Shown here in pieces: positions 1 through 8,767 of a DNA stretch of 41,334 bases (positions are counted from its first letter, which is position 1; each line of letters starts with the position of its first letter). The stretch lies in the sequence record DRR723986_7195; one strand, given 5' to 3'. Made by a program: the position numbers and the translations under genes. The notes beneath the pieces are model-generated. The model searched no databases. It saw only the letters and a list, made by a program, of their open reading frames with translations, and was not told the origin of the DNA.

Positions 1-451
1 CGCGCCAGCGCGAGATGATCTTCTTCTTCTCCGGGCGGCCGAGAATGTTGTTGTAGTACCAGACAAGCTTGATGTTGGTTTCGTTCGCATCCGATCCGCC
101 CAGTCCGAAATAGACCTTGGACATGTGGTCGGGCGCTCGCTCCATCACCATTTGTGCAAGCGTGATGGAGGCTTCGGTGCCGTGGCCGACGTATGCGTGG
201 TAATAGGCCAGTTCACGAGCCTGCTCCGCAATGGCGTCAGCAATTTCGGAACGGCCATAGCCGACGTTGACGCAATAAAGTCCGGCGAATGCGTCCAATA
301 GTTTGGTGCCGTCACGGTCTTCGATATAGACGCCGCTGCCACCGGTGACGATCCGGTTAGGGCTCTCTCCGCGCGCATGTTGGGCAAGATGGGTCGAGGG
401 ATGGAAGAAGTTCTCTCTGTCCCAGGCATCCAGTTGGTCGTTCTTGAGCAT
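1..451 (-). CDS. doeD: Class-III PLP aminotransferase of ectoine catabolism (Atf/DoeD-like), runs off the left window edge
   Basis: Manual translation from ATG at 451: MLKNDQLDAWDRENFFHPSTHLAQHARGE...LLDAFAGLYCVNVGYGR...VYFGLGGSDANETNIKLVWYY. Class-III aminotransferase motifs; lies downstream of ssd in eut context. Confidence 0.85.
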   Translation of the reverse strand, partial: MLKNDQLDAWDRENFFHPSTHLAQHARGESPNRIVTGGSGVYIEDRDGTKLLDAFAGLYCVNVGYGRSEIADAIAEQARELAYYHAYVGHGTEASITLAQMVMERAPDHMSKVYFGLGGSDANETNIKLVWYYNNILGRPEKKKIISRWR

Positions 452-483
452 ATTCAAGTCCTTCTATTGTTGGTTGGGCCAGG

Positions 484-1980
484 TCAGCTCCAGTCCCGGC
501 AGACGTATTTGATTTCGGTGAAGGCCTCCAGCCCGTAGCGGGCACCTTCGCGGCCAAGGCCGGATTGTTTCACGCCTCCAAAGGGGATCGGGTAGCCGGT
601 CACTTTTGTACGATTGACAGCAACCATGCCGTATTGAAGCGCGCGGCTTGCACGGTAGATGCGGCGCGGGTCTTGCGTGTGGAGATAGGCAATAAGGCCG
701 TATTCGGTGTCGTTTGCCCGTGCGATGGCGTCCTCCTCCTTATCGAAGGCTGCCAGGGCTGCCACCGGACCAAATGTTTCTTCCCGGAAAATCGATGCAT
801 CAGCGGGAACGTCCGCCAGAACAGTCGGCTGAAAAAACAATGGGCCGGCCGCGTGACGGTGGCCACCGGTGAGGATGCGCGCACCTCGTGCGAGCGCATC
901 ACGAACGTGGTCCTCCTGCTTGGCAACCGCCCGCTCATGCATCAGCGGTCCGATGTCAGGATCTTCAAGCCCAGGTCCGACAGACAAGGCTTCAACACGT
1001 TTGGTGAAGGCTTCGCAAAACGCCTGGTAGACCGGTCTTTCAATCAGTATGCGATTTGCCGCGAGGCAATCCTGACCGGATGTTGCGAATTTTGCAGCGA
1101 TTGCCTGATCGACGGCATGGTCAAGATCAGCATCTGCAAACACGAGGAAGGGGGCGTGACCGCCGAGTTCCAGCACAAGTCGTTTTACAGTCTGAGCACC
1201 CTGCGAATAAAGAAGCCGCCCGATACCTGTCGATCCGGTGAAGGAAACCGCTCTGACGCGCGGGTCTGACATCCAGGGCTTCACGATATCTTCCGCGTTC
1301 CCGGGAAGCACGTTGAAAACACCTGCCGGAAGCCCTGCCTGGTCAGCAAGTTCAGCTAGGGCGAGTGCGGAATACGGCGTTTCCTGTGAAGGGTGCACGA
1401 CAACGGTACAGCCGGCAGCGAGTGCGGCAGCTGCTTTTCGCGTGATCATCGCGCATGGAAAGTTCCACGGCGTGATCAATGCGGCAACGCCAACAGGTTC
1501 CCGCCAGACTTCCATCTCTGCGTCAGGCAAGTGGGAAGTGATGCTCTCGATATTCGGTCGTTTGGCCTCTTCGGCGTAAAACGATACGAAGGAGGCTGCA
1601 TAATCGATCTCGCCGCGGGATTCCGAAAGTGGTTTTCCTTGCTCACGCGTCATCAGACGAGCGAGATCTTCCCGGTTTTCCAAGATCAAGTCGTGCCAGG
1701 CCAACAGAAAGGATGCTCTTTCCTGAGGCAACAAGGTGGACCAACTCGAAAAGGCGTCATTGGCGGCATCGATAGCTTCGGCCGATTGTGCGCTGGAAAG
1801 GGATGTCACTTCCCCAAGAAGACTTCCATCCGCCGGATCGATTACCTGAAACACGGCGCCATCACGTGCCGCTGCCCAACGTCCACCGACATAGGCAAAG
1901 TGCTTTACCAGGTGACGGTTGTCGATCAGGTGAAAAAGCGAGCTTTCAAGGGATATCTCGGCAAGGATTCGGGACTGCAT
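484..1980 (-). CDS. doeC: NAD(P)-dependent semialdehyde dehydrogenase (Ssd/DoeC, GabD-like)
   Basis: ALDH motifs ITPWNFP, FTGSTGIG, LELGG, GQDC, EETFGP, PFGGVKQSGLGREG; ATG at 1980 preceded by GGAGAG. Confidence 0.85.
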   Translation of the reverse strand: MQSRILAEISLESSLFHLIDNRHLVKHFAYVGGRWAAARDGAVFQVIDPADGSLLGEVTSLSSAQSAEAIDAANDAFSSWSTLLPQERASFLLAWHDLILENREDLARLMTREQGKPLSESRGEIDYAASFVSFYAEEAKRPNIESITSHLPDAEMEVWREPVGVAALITPWNFPCAMITRKAAAALAAGCTVVVHPSQETPYSALALAELADQAGLPAGVFNVLPGNAEDIVKPWMSDPRVRAVSFTGSTGIGRLLYSQGAQTVKRLVLELGGHAPFLVFADADLDHAVDQAIAAKFATSGQDCLAANRILIERPVYQAFCEAFTKRVEALSVGPGLEDPDIGPLMHERAVAKQEDHVRDALARGARILTGGHRHAAGPLFFQPTVLADVPADASIFREETFGPVAALAAFDKEEDAIARANDTEYGLIAYLHTQDPRRIYRASRALQYGMVAVNRTKVTGYPIPFGGVKQSGLGREGARYGLEAFTEIKYVCRDWS

Positions 1981-2026
1981 GGCGTTGCTCTCCAAAGTGG
2001 TGAGCAGAGCCTAGAACGGCCCCCGG

Positions 2027-2070
2027 GAACGAAACGCCTTTTCTCGGCAAGTTTGGCAGCCGTTTCGTTC
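2027..2070. repeat. Inverted repeat / hairpin between asnC-like gene and ssd
   Basis: GAACGAAACG (2027-2036) pairs with CGTTTCGTTC (2061-2070). Confidence 0.4.
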
Positions 2071-2586
2071 TTATTCGGAGTTTTCGGCAGTCGTATCTGT
2101 TCCAAGCATGCCGGCCAGCAACATATCGAGTGCTGGAGCAGCGCTCTGTTTCACCGGTTTTGTCACCACGTAAGTGAAGTAGCGAACGACGCCAAGGCCG
2201 CGGTCCAGCAGAGCATCCATGAACCGCTGATAGCTGTCGATGTCACGCGTGACGGTCTGCATCAGATAATCGAGCCCGCCACCGATCGCCCAGCAGGCAA
2301 CGACTTCATCGCAATTGCGGATTGCCCGCTCAAAGGCCTGAAAATATTCGGCGCGGTGATGTTCCAGTTCGAGCGTCACGAAAACGGTGACATGAGGCGC
2401 GAGATTCTTGAGCGAGAAACGCGCGCCGTATCCCTCGATGATACCAGCAGCCTCAAGCCTCTCAAGGCGCTTCCAGCACGGGCTCGGGCTAAGATTTATA
2501 CGCTTTGCGAGATCCGCTTTGGAAATGCGTCCTTCCTCGGCAAGTACCTTCAGGATTTCCAGATCTCGATTGTCCAGTTTCAGCAT
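2071..2586 (-). CDS. Lrp/AsnC-family regulator (AsnC/DoeX-like)
   Basis: LDNRDLEIL...DLAKRINLSPSPCWKRLERLE..GIIEGY HTH; GGGLDYLM ligand-domain motif. Confidence 0.9.
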   Translation of the reverse strand: MLKLDNRDLEILKVLAEEGRISKADLAKRINLSPSPCWKRLERLEAAGIIEGYGARFSLKNLAPHVTVFVTLELEHHRAEYFQAFERAIRNCDEVVACWAIGGGLDYLMQTVTRDIDSYQRFMDALLDRGLGVVRYFTYVVTKPVKQSAAPALDMLLAGMLGTDTTAENSE

Positions 2587-2603
2587 CAATGTCTCTTGCC
2601 GGT

Positions 2604-3599
2604 TCAGGAAACGAGCATCGTGCCCGCATTTGCCTTCTTGACCTTGCCAAGAGACAGCGTGGCAATGGCCGTATCCTGAACGCCGGTGCCGGTCAAATCG
2701 CAGACGGTGATATCAGCATCACCAGTCCTGCCTTGCGCCTTGCCTGAAACAATCTCACCGAGTTCACGTACACGGCTCACATCCTGCAAGGTGCGGTTCG
2801 CAAGGGCGGAACGCAGCTCTCCGAGTTTCTCGCATTGGCTTATCCGATCGCAGACCAGGACATCGGCCTTAGCCAGGATCTCCGGGGCAAGTTCATTCTT
2901 GTCCTCCTGATCAGATCCCATTGCAGTGATATGCAAGCCGGGATGCAGACAATCCGCGCCCAGGATAGCATCCTTCGCAGGGGTCGTGGTGACGACAAGT
3001 TGGCTGTCGGCAACCAGTTGCTGCCGATCCTCGGTTGCGATCACGTCTATCCCGAGCGCTGCAGACATATCCTTGGCCAGGGCTCTGGCCTTGTCATAGT
3101 CTCGTCCCCAGACCAGCGCCCTTTCCGCAGGCCGCACCTTTGCTGCCGCAATCAGCTGCAACCTGGCCTGAACGCCGGTTCCCAGAATGCCGATCGTTGA
3201 AACGATTGCAGGCGCAAGGTGGCGTGCCGCAACCGCTCCGGCTGCAGCCGTGCGGATGTCGGTCAGATAACCATTGTCCAGATAGACAGCCTGTACCAGA
3301 CCGGTTTGCGCCGAAAAAAGCACCATCAACCCGTTGAGACTTGAAAGCCCGAGAGCAGGGTTGTTGAAAAAGCCGGGAGATACCTTGATCGCGAAACCGT
3401 CGAGACCTGGCACGTAGGCGGTTTTCACATCGACTTCCGCATTCACCTCCGGCAGGGCCATGGACAGCACGGGAGGCATCACGACTGTTCCGGTTGCCAG
3501 CTTTGCAAATGCTTTTTCAATGCAGTCGATGACTTCAAGATCAAGATGAACTGCCCGGCGCAGATCGGCCTCGTTCACCAGCCTGATTTCATGCGCCAT
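2604..3599 (-). CDS. eutC: Ectoine utilization cyclodeaminase EutC (ornithine cyclodeaminase/mu-crystallin family)
   Basis: VDVKTAYVPG, KVSPGFFNNP, DNGYLTDIRTAAAGA, GTGVQA, CDLTGTGVQD; start overlaps the eutB 3' end. Confidence 0.88.
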   Translation of the reverse strand: MAHEIRLVNEADLRRAVHLDLEVIDCIEKAFAKLATGTVVMPPVLSMALPEVNAEVDVKTAYVPGLDGFAIKVSPGFFNNPALGLSSLNGLMVLFSAQTGLVQAVYLDNGYLTDIRTAAAGAVAARHLAPAIVSTIGILGTGVQARLQLIAAAKVRPAERALVWGRDYDKARALAKDMSAALGIDVIATEDRQQLVADSQLVVTTTPAKDAILGADCLHPGLHITAMGSDQEDKNELAPEILAKADVLVCDRISQCEKLGELRSALANRTLQDVSRVRELGEIVSGKAQGRTGDADITVCDLTGTGVQDTAIATLSLGKVKKANAGTMLVS

Positions 3600-4596
3600 A
3601 GCGTTTTCCTTCCAACAGATAGTCCCCAAGCATAATGTCCTGACCGGTCATGACTTTTGTGAATTGAACCATGTCGACATTTCGACCCGTAATGATCGTT
3701 GCGACCGGACCTTTTGGCGCGGTCAGCTTTCCGGCCAGGATTGCTGCAATGCCAACCACGCAAGCGCCTTCCGCGACATGACTATCCTCGTAATAAAGAG
3801 CCTGCATGGCCCGGTAGATTTCGCCTTCAGTTACCAGAATGATCTCGTCCAGAAGATCTCGGCACATTGCGAAGGAAAGCCGGTTGTCGAGGCCTATGCC
3901 GCCTCCAAGCGAATCCGCGAGGCTTGCCACCTCTGGCACTTCCACTGGCCGGCCGGCGTCGATCGATGTTTTCATCGCCGCGCCTCTGTCCATGGTCAGT
4001 CCGACAACCCGGACCTGTGGATTGATGGATTTTGCGGCAAGCGCGACACCCGCGGCAAGCCCGCCTCCTGACAGGGGGACCAGAAGCGTGTCGAGGTTTG
4101 GAACATCTTCCAGAATCTCAAGCCCGATAGTGCCTTGCCCCGCAATCACGTATGGATCGTCGAACGGTGAGATTTCAAAGACGCCGGTTGCCTGACCCAG
4201 CTTACGGCACTCGGCAAGAGCATCGTCCTGGCTGTTGCCGACGATACGAGTTTCGACCCCAATGGCTCTGATGCCATCCAGCTTGGTCTGCGGAACCAGG
4301 GATGACATGCAGATAATCGCCTTCAAGCCAAGTTCCCGTGCCGCATAGGCAACACCGCGGCCATGATTTCCGGTCGAGCAGCATGTGAGCGTCGTGGTGC
4401 CTTCGGGCGCATTGCGGGCCGCGTTCGTCGCACCGCGCAACTTGAACGCGCCTGTTGGCTGCATCGTCTCCATTTTCAGGAAGAATGGCTGTCCAGTTTG
4501 CTCGGTCATGAATCGCGAGGGCAGGAGGGGTGTCCTGACCACTCTCCCGGCGATGGCTCTTCGCGCTTCGAAAATATCCGTAAGCGTCAGTTGCAT
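3589..4596 (-). CDS. eutB: Hydroxyectoine utilization dehydratase EutB (threonine dehydratase-like, PLP)
   Basis: QPTGAFKLRGA (PLP Lys), STGNHG, GQGTIGLE, PLSGGGL, LADSLGGGIG; adjacent to eutC. Confidence 0.88.
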   Translation of the reverse strand: MQLTLTDIFEARRAIAGRVVRTPLLPSRFMTEQTGQPFFLKMETMQPTGAFKLRGATNAARNAPEGTTTLTCCSTGNHGRGVAYAARELGLKAIICMSSLVPQTKLDGIRAIGVETRIVGNSQDDALAECRKLGQATGVFEISPFDDPYVIAGQGTIGLEILEDVPNLDTLLVPLSGGGLAAGVALAAKSINPQVRVVGLTMDRGAAMKTSIDAGRPVEVPEVASLADSLGGGIGLDNRLSFAMCRDLLDEIILVTEGEIYRAMQALYYEDSHVAEGACVVGIAAILAGKLTAPKGPVATIITGRNVDMVQFTKVMTGQDIMLGDYLLEGKRYGA

Positions 4597-4653
4597 GGAC
4601 TATTTCCGGTATCGCTCGTGGTCATCATGAAGATCCTGCAAGGGGGAACATGC

Positions 4654-4671
4654 TCATTTGTGTACAAATGA
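4654..4671. promoter_or_regulatory. Palindromic operator 1 (TCATTTGT-GT-ACAAATGA)
   Basis: 8-bp-arm inverted repeat in the eutB/eutD divergent gap; 14-bp core identical to the site at 4738-4755. Confidence 0.7.
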
Positions 4672-4737
4672 CCTTTAAAGTGCAAGTGATGATGTTCAGA
4701 TGTGTTTATTTTCTTGATTTCTGAAATGGCTGAGTTC

Positions 4738-4755
4738 TTATTTGTGTACAAATAA
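4738..4755. promoter_or_regulatory. Palindromic operator 2 (TTATTTGT-GT-ACAAATAA)
   Basis: Second copy of ATTTGTGTACAAAT, just upstream of the eutD RBS. Confidence 0.7.
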
Positions 4756-4771
4756 ACGACGAGGCCCAATC

Positions 4772-5956
4772 ATGCCAGGTCACGACCTTCCTTTCAGCAG
4801 TACCGAGTATCAACGCCGTCTCGATCTTGTCCGTAGCGACATGTCAAAACGGGGAATAGATGTCCTGTTTCTCGAAGACCCTTCCAATATGGCCTGGACC
4901 ACAGGCTATGACGGATGGTCTTTCTATGTGCATCAGGGGGTCGTTGTCTTTCTGGACGAAGAACCGATCTGGTGGGGACGCAGGCAGGATGCCAATGGTG
5001 CCCGTCGAACCGTCTGGATGGACGACGCACGCGTCGCTTCCTACGCCGATCATTTCATTCAGTCGTCTGAGCGCCACCCCATGCAGGACCTTGCCAGGCT
5101 GCTGGAATTGAGGGGGTACGCGAACAAGAAGATTGGCGTTGAACTTGAGAACTACTACTTCTCGGCCAAGGCGTTCCTGACGCTGCAGAGTGAGTTGCCG
5201 AACGCTGAATTCATCGACGCCACAAGCATGGTCAACTGGTTGAGAGCGGTTAAGTCCGACGAAGAACTCGTGTTCATGCGCAAGGCAGCCAGGATTTCCG
5301 AGAAAATCATGGACGGCGTCCTGGAGCGTGTTGTGCCGGGAATGCGCAAGGCCGACCTTGTTGCAGAGATCTACGCCGACGCCATCCGAGGATTGGACGA
5401 CGCCTGGGGGGACTACCCGGCTATCGTGCCGCTGCTTCCCAGTGGCGCGGACGCGTCCGCTCCGCATCTGACGTGGGACGGACGTTTCATGCAGGAAGGG
5501 GAGGCGACATTTTTCGAACTCTCCGGCTGTTTCCGCCGCTATCACGCCCCGTTGTGCCGCACCGTTTTTCTTGGCAAGCCGGAACAGTACCTGCTTGATG
5601 CCGAGAAGGCGTTGGTCGAGGGGCTCGAAGCCGGCCTGGACACCGCAAGGGCCGGTAATACCGCGGGTGACATCGCACGTGCATTGGCGAAGCCTCTTGA
5701 GGCCGCGGGGATCGAGCGCGGCGCGCGGGCAGGGTACCCGATCGGCATTTCCTATCCGCCTGATTGGGGCGAACGCACGATTTCCATTCGCGAAGAAGAC
5801 AACACCGTTCTGAAGCCCGGCATGACCTTTCACTTCATGCCGGGGCTTTGGATGGATGGCTGGGGACTGGAAATCACCGAGAGCATCCTCATCAAGGAAA
5901 ACGGACCTGCAGAATGCCTGTGCAACAGGCCGCGCAGATTGTTCGTGAAGTCCTGA
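4772..5956 (+). CDS. eutD: Ectoine hydrolase EutD/DoeA (M24 peptidase fold)
   Basis: TGYDGWSFYVHQ, WWGRRQDANGA, GDYPAIVPLLPSG, APHLTW, GYPIGISYPPDWGERT, TFHFMPGLW; GAGG before ATG 4772. Confidence 0.88.
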   Translation: MPGHDLPFSSTEYQRRLDLVRSDMSKRGIDVLFLEDPSNMAWTTGYDGWSFYVHQGVVVFLDEEPIWWGRRQDANGARRTVWMDDARVASYADHFIQSSERHPMQDLARLLELRGYANKKIGVELENYYFSAKAFLTLQSELPNAEFIDATSMVNWLRAVKSDEELVFMRKAARISEKIMDGVLERVVPGMRKADLVAEIYADAIRGLDDAWGDYPAIVPLLPSGADASAPHLTWDGRFMQEGEATFFELSGCFRRYHAPLCRTVFLGKPEQYLLDAEKALVEGLEAGLDTARAGNTAGDIARALAKPLEAAGIERGARAGYPIGISYPPDWGERTISIREEDNTVLKPGMTFHFMPGLWMDGWGLEITESILIKENGPAECLCNRPRRLFVKS

Positions 5957-5963
5957 GGTGAAT

Positions 5964-7139
5964 ATGCGCTCGGACTTGTTGACCCGGACGATTTCTATAC
6001 TGGATCGCCTGATCGGTTTTCCGACGGTTTCGGCAGACAGCAATCTTGAATTGATCAGCTTTGCCGCAACCCTGCTTCGTGAAGCTGGTGCTCAAGTGAC
6101 GGTTTCCAAGGACGCGACCGGCAAGAAAGCCAACCTGTTCGCAACAATTGGCCCAAATTTCTCCGGTGGAATTGTCTTGTCGGGGCACACGGACGTCGTC
6201 CCGGCAGATCCCGTAGAATGGACCTGCAACCCGTATCAGATGCGCGAAGAAGGCGGCTTGCTGTACGGGCGAGGCAGTTGCGACATGAAAGGCTATATCG
6301 CTGCGGTCCTCGCGAAATCGCAGGACTATGCGCTACTCGACTTGAAACGGCCGCTGCATGTCGCCTTGACCTATGATGAGGAAGTCGGCTGCTTTGGCGC
6401 CAGGCATCTGGTTGAGGAACTGAAGCGCAGTGATATTCGTCCCTCCGTAGCGATTATCGGTGAGCCGACGGAAATGCGGGTCATTGAGGGGCACAAGGGG
6501 TGTTACGAATATACGACAGCGTTCCACGGCACCGATGGGCATGCCTCCGAACCGGGCAAGGGGGTCAATGCTATCCACGTCGCCGCCGCTTTCATCTCCA
6601 GGATGATGGAACTGGCCGCCACCATGAAGGACAAGTCAGGTCCGGACAGCGAGCGCTACTCACCGCCATGGACCACACTTCAGGTTGGCCGGATAGACGG
6701 CGGCTCTGCACGCAATGTCATTGCTCGGCGTTGCGCGGTGGAGTGGGAAATGCGCCCGGTTCGGATGCAGGACGCACTCGAGATAAAGTCTGCCTTGGAA
6801 GCCTATTGTCAGGATGTGCTGTTGCCTCAAATGACGTCCGTCTATCCCGATGCTGAGATTGTCACCGAAATTATAGGAGAAGTCGCCGGACTGGCCGTGA
6901 TGCCGGAAAACGAAGCAAGGGACATCGTTACATCGCTCACTGGCGCAAACCTGTGTGATGTCGTTTCATTTGGCACTGAGGCCGGGTTGTTTCAGGCCCT
7001 GGGGCTTTCCGTTGTGGTTTGTGGCCCGGGCTCCATCGCACAGGCGCACAAGCCTGATGAATATCTGGCCGTTGACCAGCTCGAAAAATGTCTCGACATG
7101 CTCACGGGACTGGAAAGGACCTTGTTACAGGCCTCATGA
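5964..7139 (+). CDS. argE: ArgE-type M20 deacetylase (probable N-acetyl-diaminobutyrate deacetylase by context)
   Basis: LSGHTDVVP, YGRGSCDMKG, YDEEVGC, IIGEPT, GHKG, FGTEAG, GPGSIAQAHKPDE. Confidence 0.85.
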   Translation: MRSDLLTRTISILDRLIGFPTVSADSNLELISFAATLLREAGAQVTVSKDATGKKANLFATIGPNFSGGIVLSGHTDVVPADPVEWTCNPYQMREEGGLLYGRGSCDMKGYIAAVLAKSQDYALLDLKRPLHVALTYDEEVGCFGARHLVEELKRSDIRPSVAIIGEPTEMRVIEGHKGCYEYTTAFHGTDGHASEPGKGVNAIHVAAAFISRMMELAATMKDKSGPDSERYSPPWTTLQVGRIDGGSARNVIARRCAVEWEMRPVRMQDALEIKSALEAYCQDVLLPQMTSVYPDAEIVTEIIGEVAGLAVMPENEARDIVTSLTGANLCDVVSFGTEAGLFQALGLSVVVCGPGSIAQAHKPDEYLAVDQLEKCLDMLTGLERTLLQAS

Positions 7140-7864
7140 CCGATCAGGACATAACAGCGACGGCCGACGTTGCAGACCTGTTGAACCAGGCTGCAAGCGC
7201 TCAGGAACGGTTTCAGATCATGTATTCCGTTCTGAGAGACCGGATCTGCATGCTTGTCTATCCGCCTGGAACGCAACTGAGTGAAGAGGCATTGGCATCG
7301 GAGTTCGGTGTCAGTCGCTCGCCCTTGCGCAAGGCTCTGCAGATACTCGAAGCTGACGGGCTGTTGTTGTCGCAGCAAGGCGTAGGCACACTGGTGACTG
7401 AAGTGGATCTGGAAGAACTGGCGCAGGTCTATGAACTCAGGCTTGAGCTGAATGAATTGACCGGCAGGTTGGGCCCGCGGTCTCTCGACTCGGAACTGGA
7501 AGCCACATTCAACAGTCTCAAAATTCGGGCGGAGCGATTGAGCTCAACGCCGGATCGTGCGGTTTTTGCCCGACTCAATATCGATTTCTTTCAGGCCTTT
7601 TTGCAGCTCACACTGAATATGCCGCTGCGCGAGGTTTCTGAAAAGCTGTTCTACAAGACCTGTCGCATCTGGCTGACTTTGATAGATGAGAAGGACCTGC
7701 CAACAGAGGTCGCCATCTTCTGTGGCGAAATCGCGGAAATTTCGAATGCTGTGCGACTTGGAGACTTCCAGGCCGCAGCCTTGATTAGGCGAGCACATCT
7801 CTCCATGGGGTTCAACCGACTGAAAACCGCTACACGACAAAGCACCGACCGGATGGCCGGTTAG
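7136..7864 (+). CDS. GntR-family regulator (FadR/FCD type)
   Basis: YPPGTQLSEEALASEFGVSRSPLRKAL wHTH; ATGA overlap with the argE stop; too short for a MocR aminotransferase domain. Confidence 0.85.
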   Translation: MTDQDITATADVADLLNQAASAQERFQIMYSVLRDRICMLVYPPGTQLSEEALASEFGVSRSPLRKALQILEADGLLLSQQGVGTLVTEVDLEELAQVYELRLELNELTGRLGPRSLDSELEATFNSLKIRAERLSSTPDRAVFARLNIDFFQAFLQLTLNMPLREVSEKLFYKTCRIWLTLIDEKDLPTEVAIFCGEIAEISNAVRLGDFQAAALIRRAHLSMGFNRLKTATRQSTDRMAG

Positions 7865-7908
7865 CCAAGGGCTTCTTGGAACTTCCGGGGTTGGTTGAAC
7901 GAATAAGA

Positions 7909-7997
7909 CCGCCCCCGGAAGCGATTGTGGTGGGATACAATCAGTTGCTTCCGGGAGCGGCCCGGGCTTTCAAAGAAGATGAACGAACTTCTTTGAA
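7909..7997. terminator. Two tandem hairpins between convergent genes (probable terminator region)
   Basis: CCGCCCCCGGAAGCGATTG (7909-7927) pairs with CAGTTGCTTCCGGGAGCGG (7942-7960); TTCAAAGAAG (7969-7978) pairs with CTTCTTTGAA (7988-7997). Confidence 0.5.
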
Positions 7998-8080
7998 CGG
8001 TTAATTCTTTCAATGGCCTCAAACAAAAGCGGCGTTTTCACCTCAAATACGCTCGGTGTGCCTAGTTATTCCTAAAAAAA

Positions 8081-8581
8081 TCAGTGTCTCTTTGCCATTT
8101 TCGTCAGTTTTCTGACTGTAGAAGTCGTGATCTTGCAATCGGATTCTACGTTTCGCTGAACGTATTTTCCTTTTTCGAGAGAATATTCGAGAAATACACT
8201 AAGTTCGTTTGCATGAGCGACAAGCACTCTGTGACCGGAAACCACTGTGTCGGTTACTTCCAGATCCTGACCCCAGGCCCAGCCACCATAAGAAGTGCCA
8301 CCGCTGGACCTGAGAACGATTTCGAAAAAATTGCCCCCGTCGCTTTCAGGCATTTTGAAAACGAGATCCAGATTGTCTTCGTCGTCTTTCGTCGGCTCTC
8401 CCGCACCAAGCCAGACGGAACTGATATTTGCGGAGATCAAATCGCCAAGAGGATAAAATGGAGAACCTTCGTACCAAAGAAATTCCGTAATAACGGATCC
8501 TATGTCGTTAGCCCTTTCAAATGGTCGTACATTGTCTCCGTACCCCGCATAGGTCCTCCTGAAGGAGATCTTACCAGACAT
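8081..8581 (-). CDS. Hypothetical protein (166 aa), divergent from the YcaO-TfuA operon
   Basis: ATG preceded by TAAGGAAA; protein-like composition; AT-richer than flanks; no family recognised. Confidence 0.65.
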   Translation of the reverse strand: MSGKISFRRTYAGYGDNVRPFERANDIGSVITEFLWYEGSPFYPLGDLISANISSVWLGAGEPTKDDEDNLDLVFKMPESDGGNFFEIVLRSSGGTSYGGWAWGQDLEVTDTVVSGHRVLVAHANELSVFLEYSLEKGKYVQRNVESDCKITTSTVRKLTKMAKRH

Positions 8582-8683
8582 GAATGGTTTCCTTACTATC
8601 TGATAATACGTAGTTTTTTGCTATTGGCCGCGAAGTGTGATCACTCTTCGTCCCTTCGGCAAAGCTACATTCCCAATAGCGCC

Positions 8684-8708
8684 GTCACACAGGCGTGACT
8701 CCGTCACG
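8684..8708. promoter_or_regulatory. GTCAC/GTGAC half-site cluster in the divergent promoter
   Basis: GTCAC 8684-8688, GTGAC 8695-8699, GTCAC 8703-8707 form two overlapping palindromes. Confidence 0.35.
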
Positions 8709-8767
8709 GCAGTGGTGTTCTTCTGTGGGGGGAACTGTGTTAGAAAAAATTACCAGGGGGCAACGTG

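Noticed and set aside
4844-6043. Long antisense ORFs (399 aa here; also 1393-2679, 9479-10624, 21919-23187, 33938-35050)
   Set aside because: They lie opposite well-supported genes, have no recognisable motifs, and are expected shadows of GC-rich codon usage
7970-8041. 23-aa minus-strand ORF (MKTPLLFEAIERINRSKKFVHLL) as a possible RiPP precursor
   Set aside because: GTG start with a poorly placed RBS, overlaps a hairpin, and has no leader/core character; cannot be fully excluded without Ribo-seq
7865-8080. Possible att repeat of the tRNA-Gln 3' end at the left islet border
   Set aside because: No copy of TGGCTGGGGAACC was found by eye in this gap
8528-8560. RRTYAGYGDN resembling the McrA thioglycine context (RLGFxGYD)
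   Set aside because: Too short and too weak to distinguish from chance
8084-8698. 204-aa plus-strand ORF opposite the 166-aa orphan
   Set aside because: No RBS and atypical Phe/Ser/Cys-rich composition; the minus-strand ORF has an RBS and a more protein-like sequence
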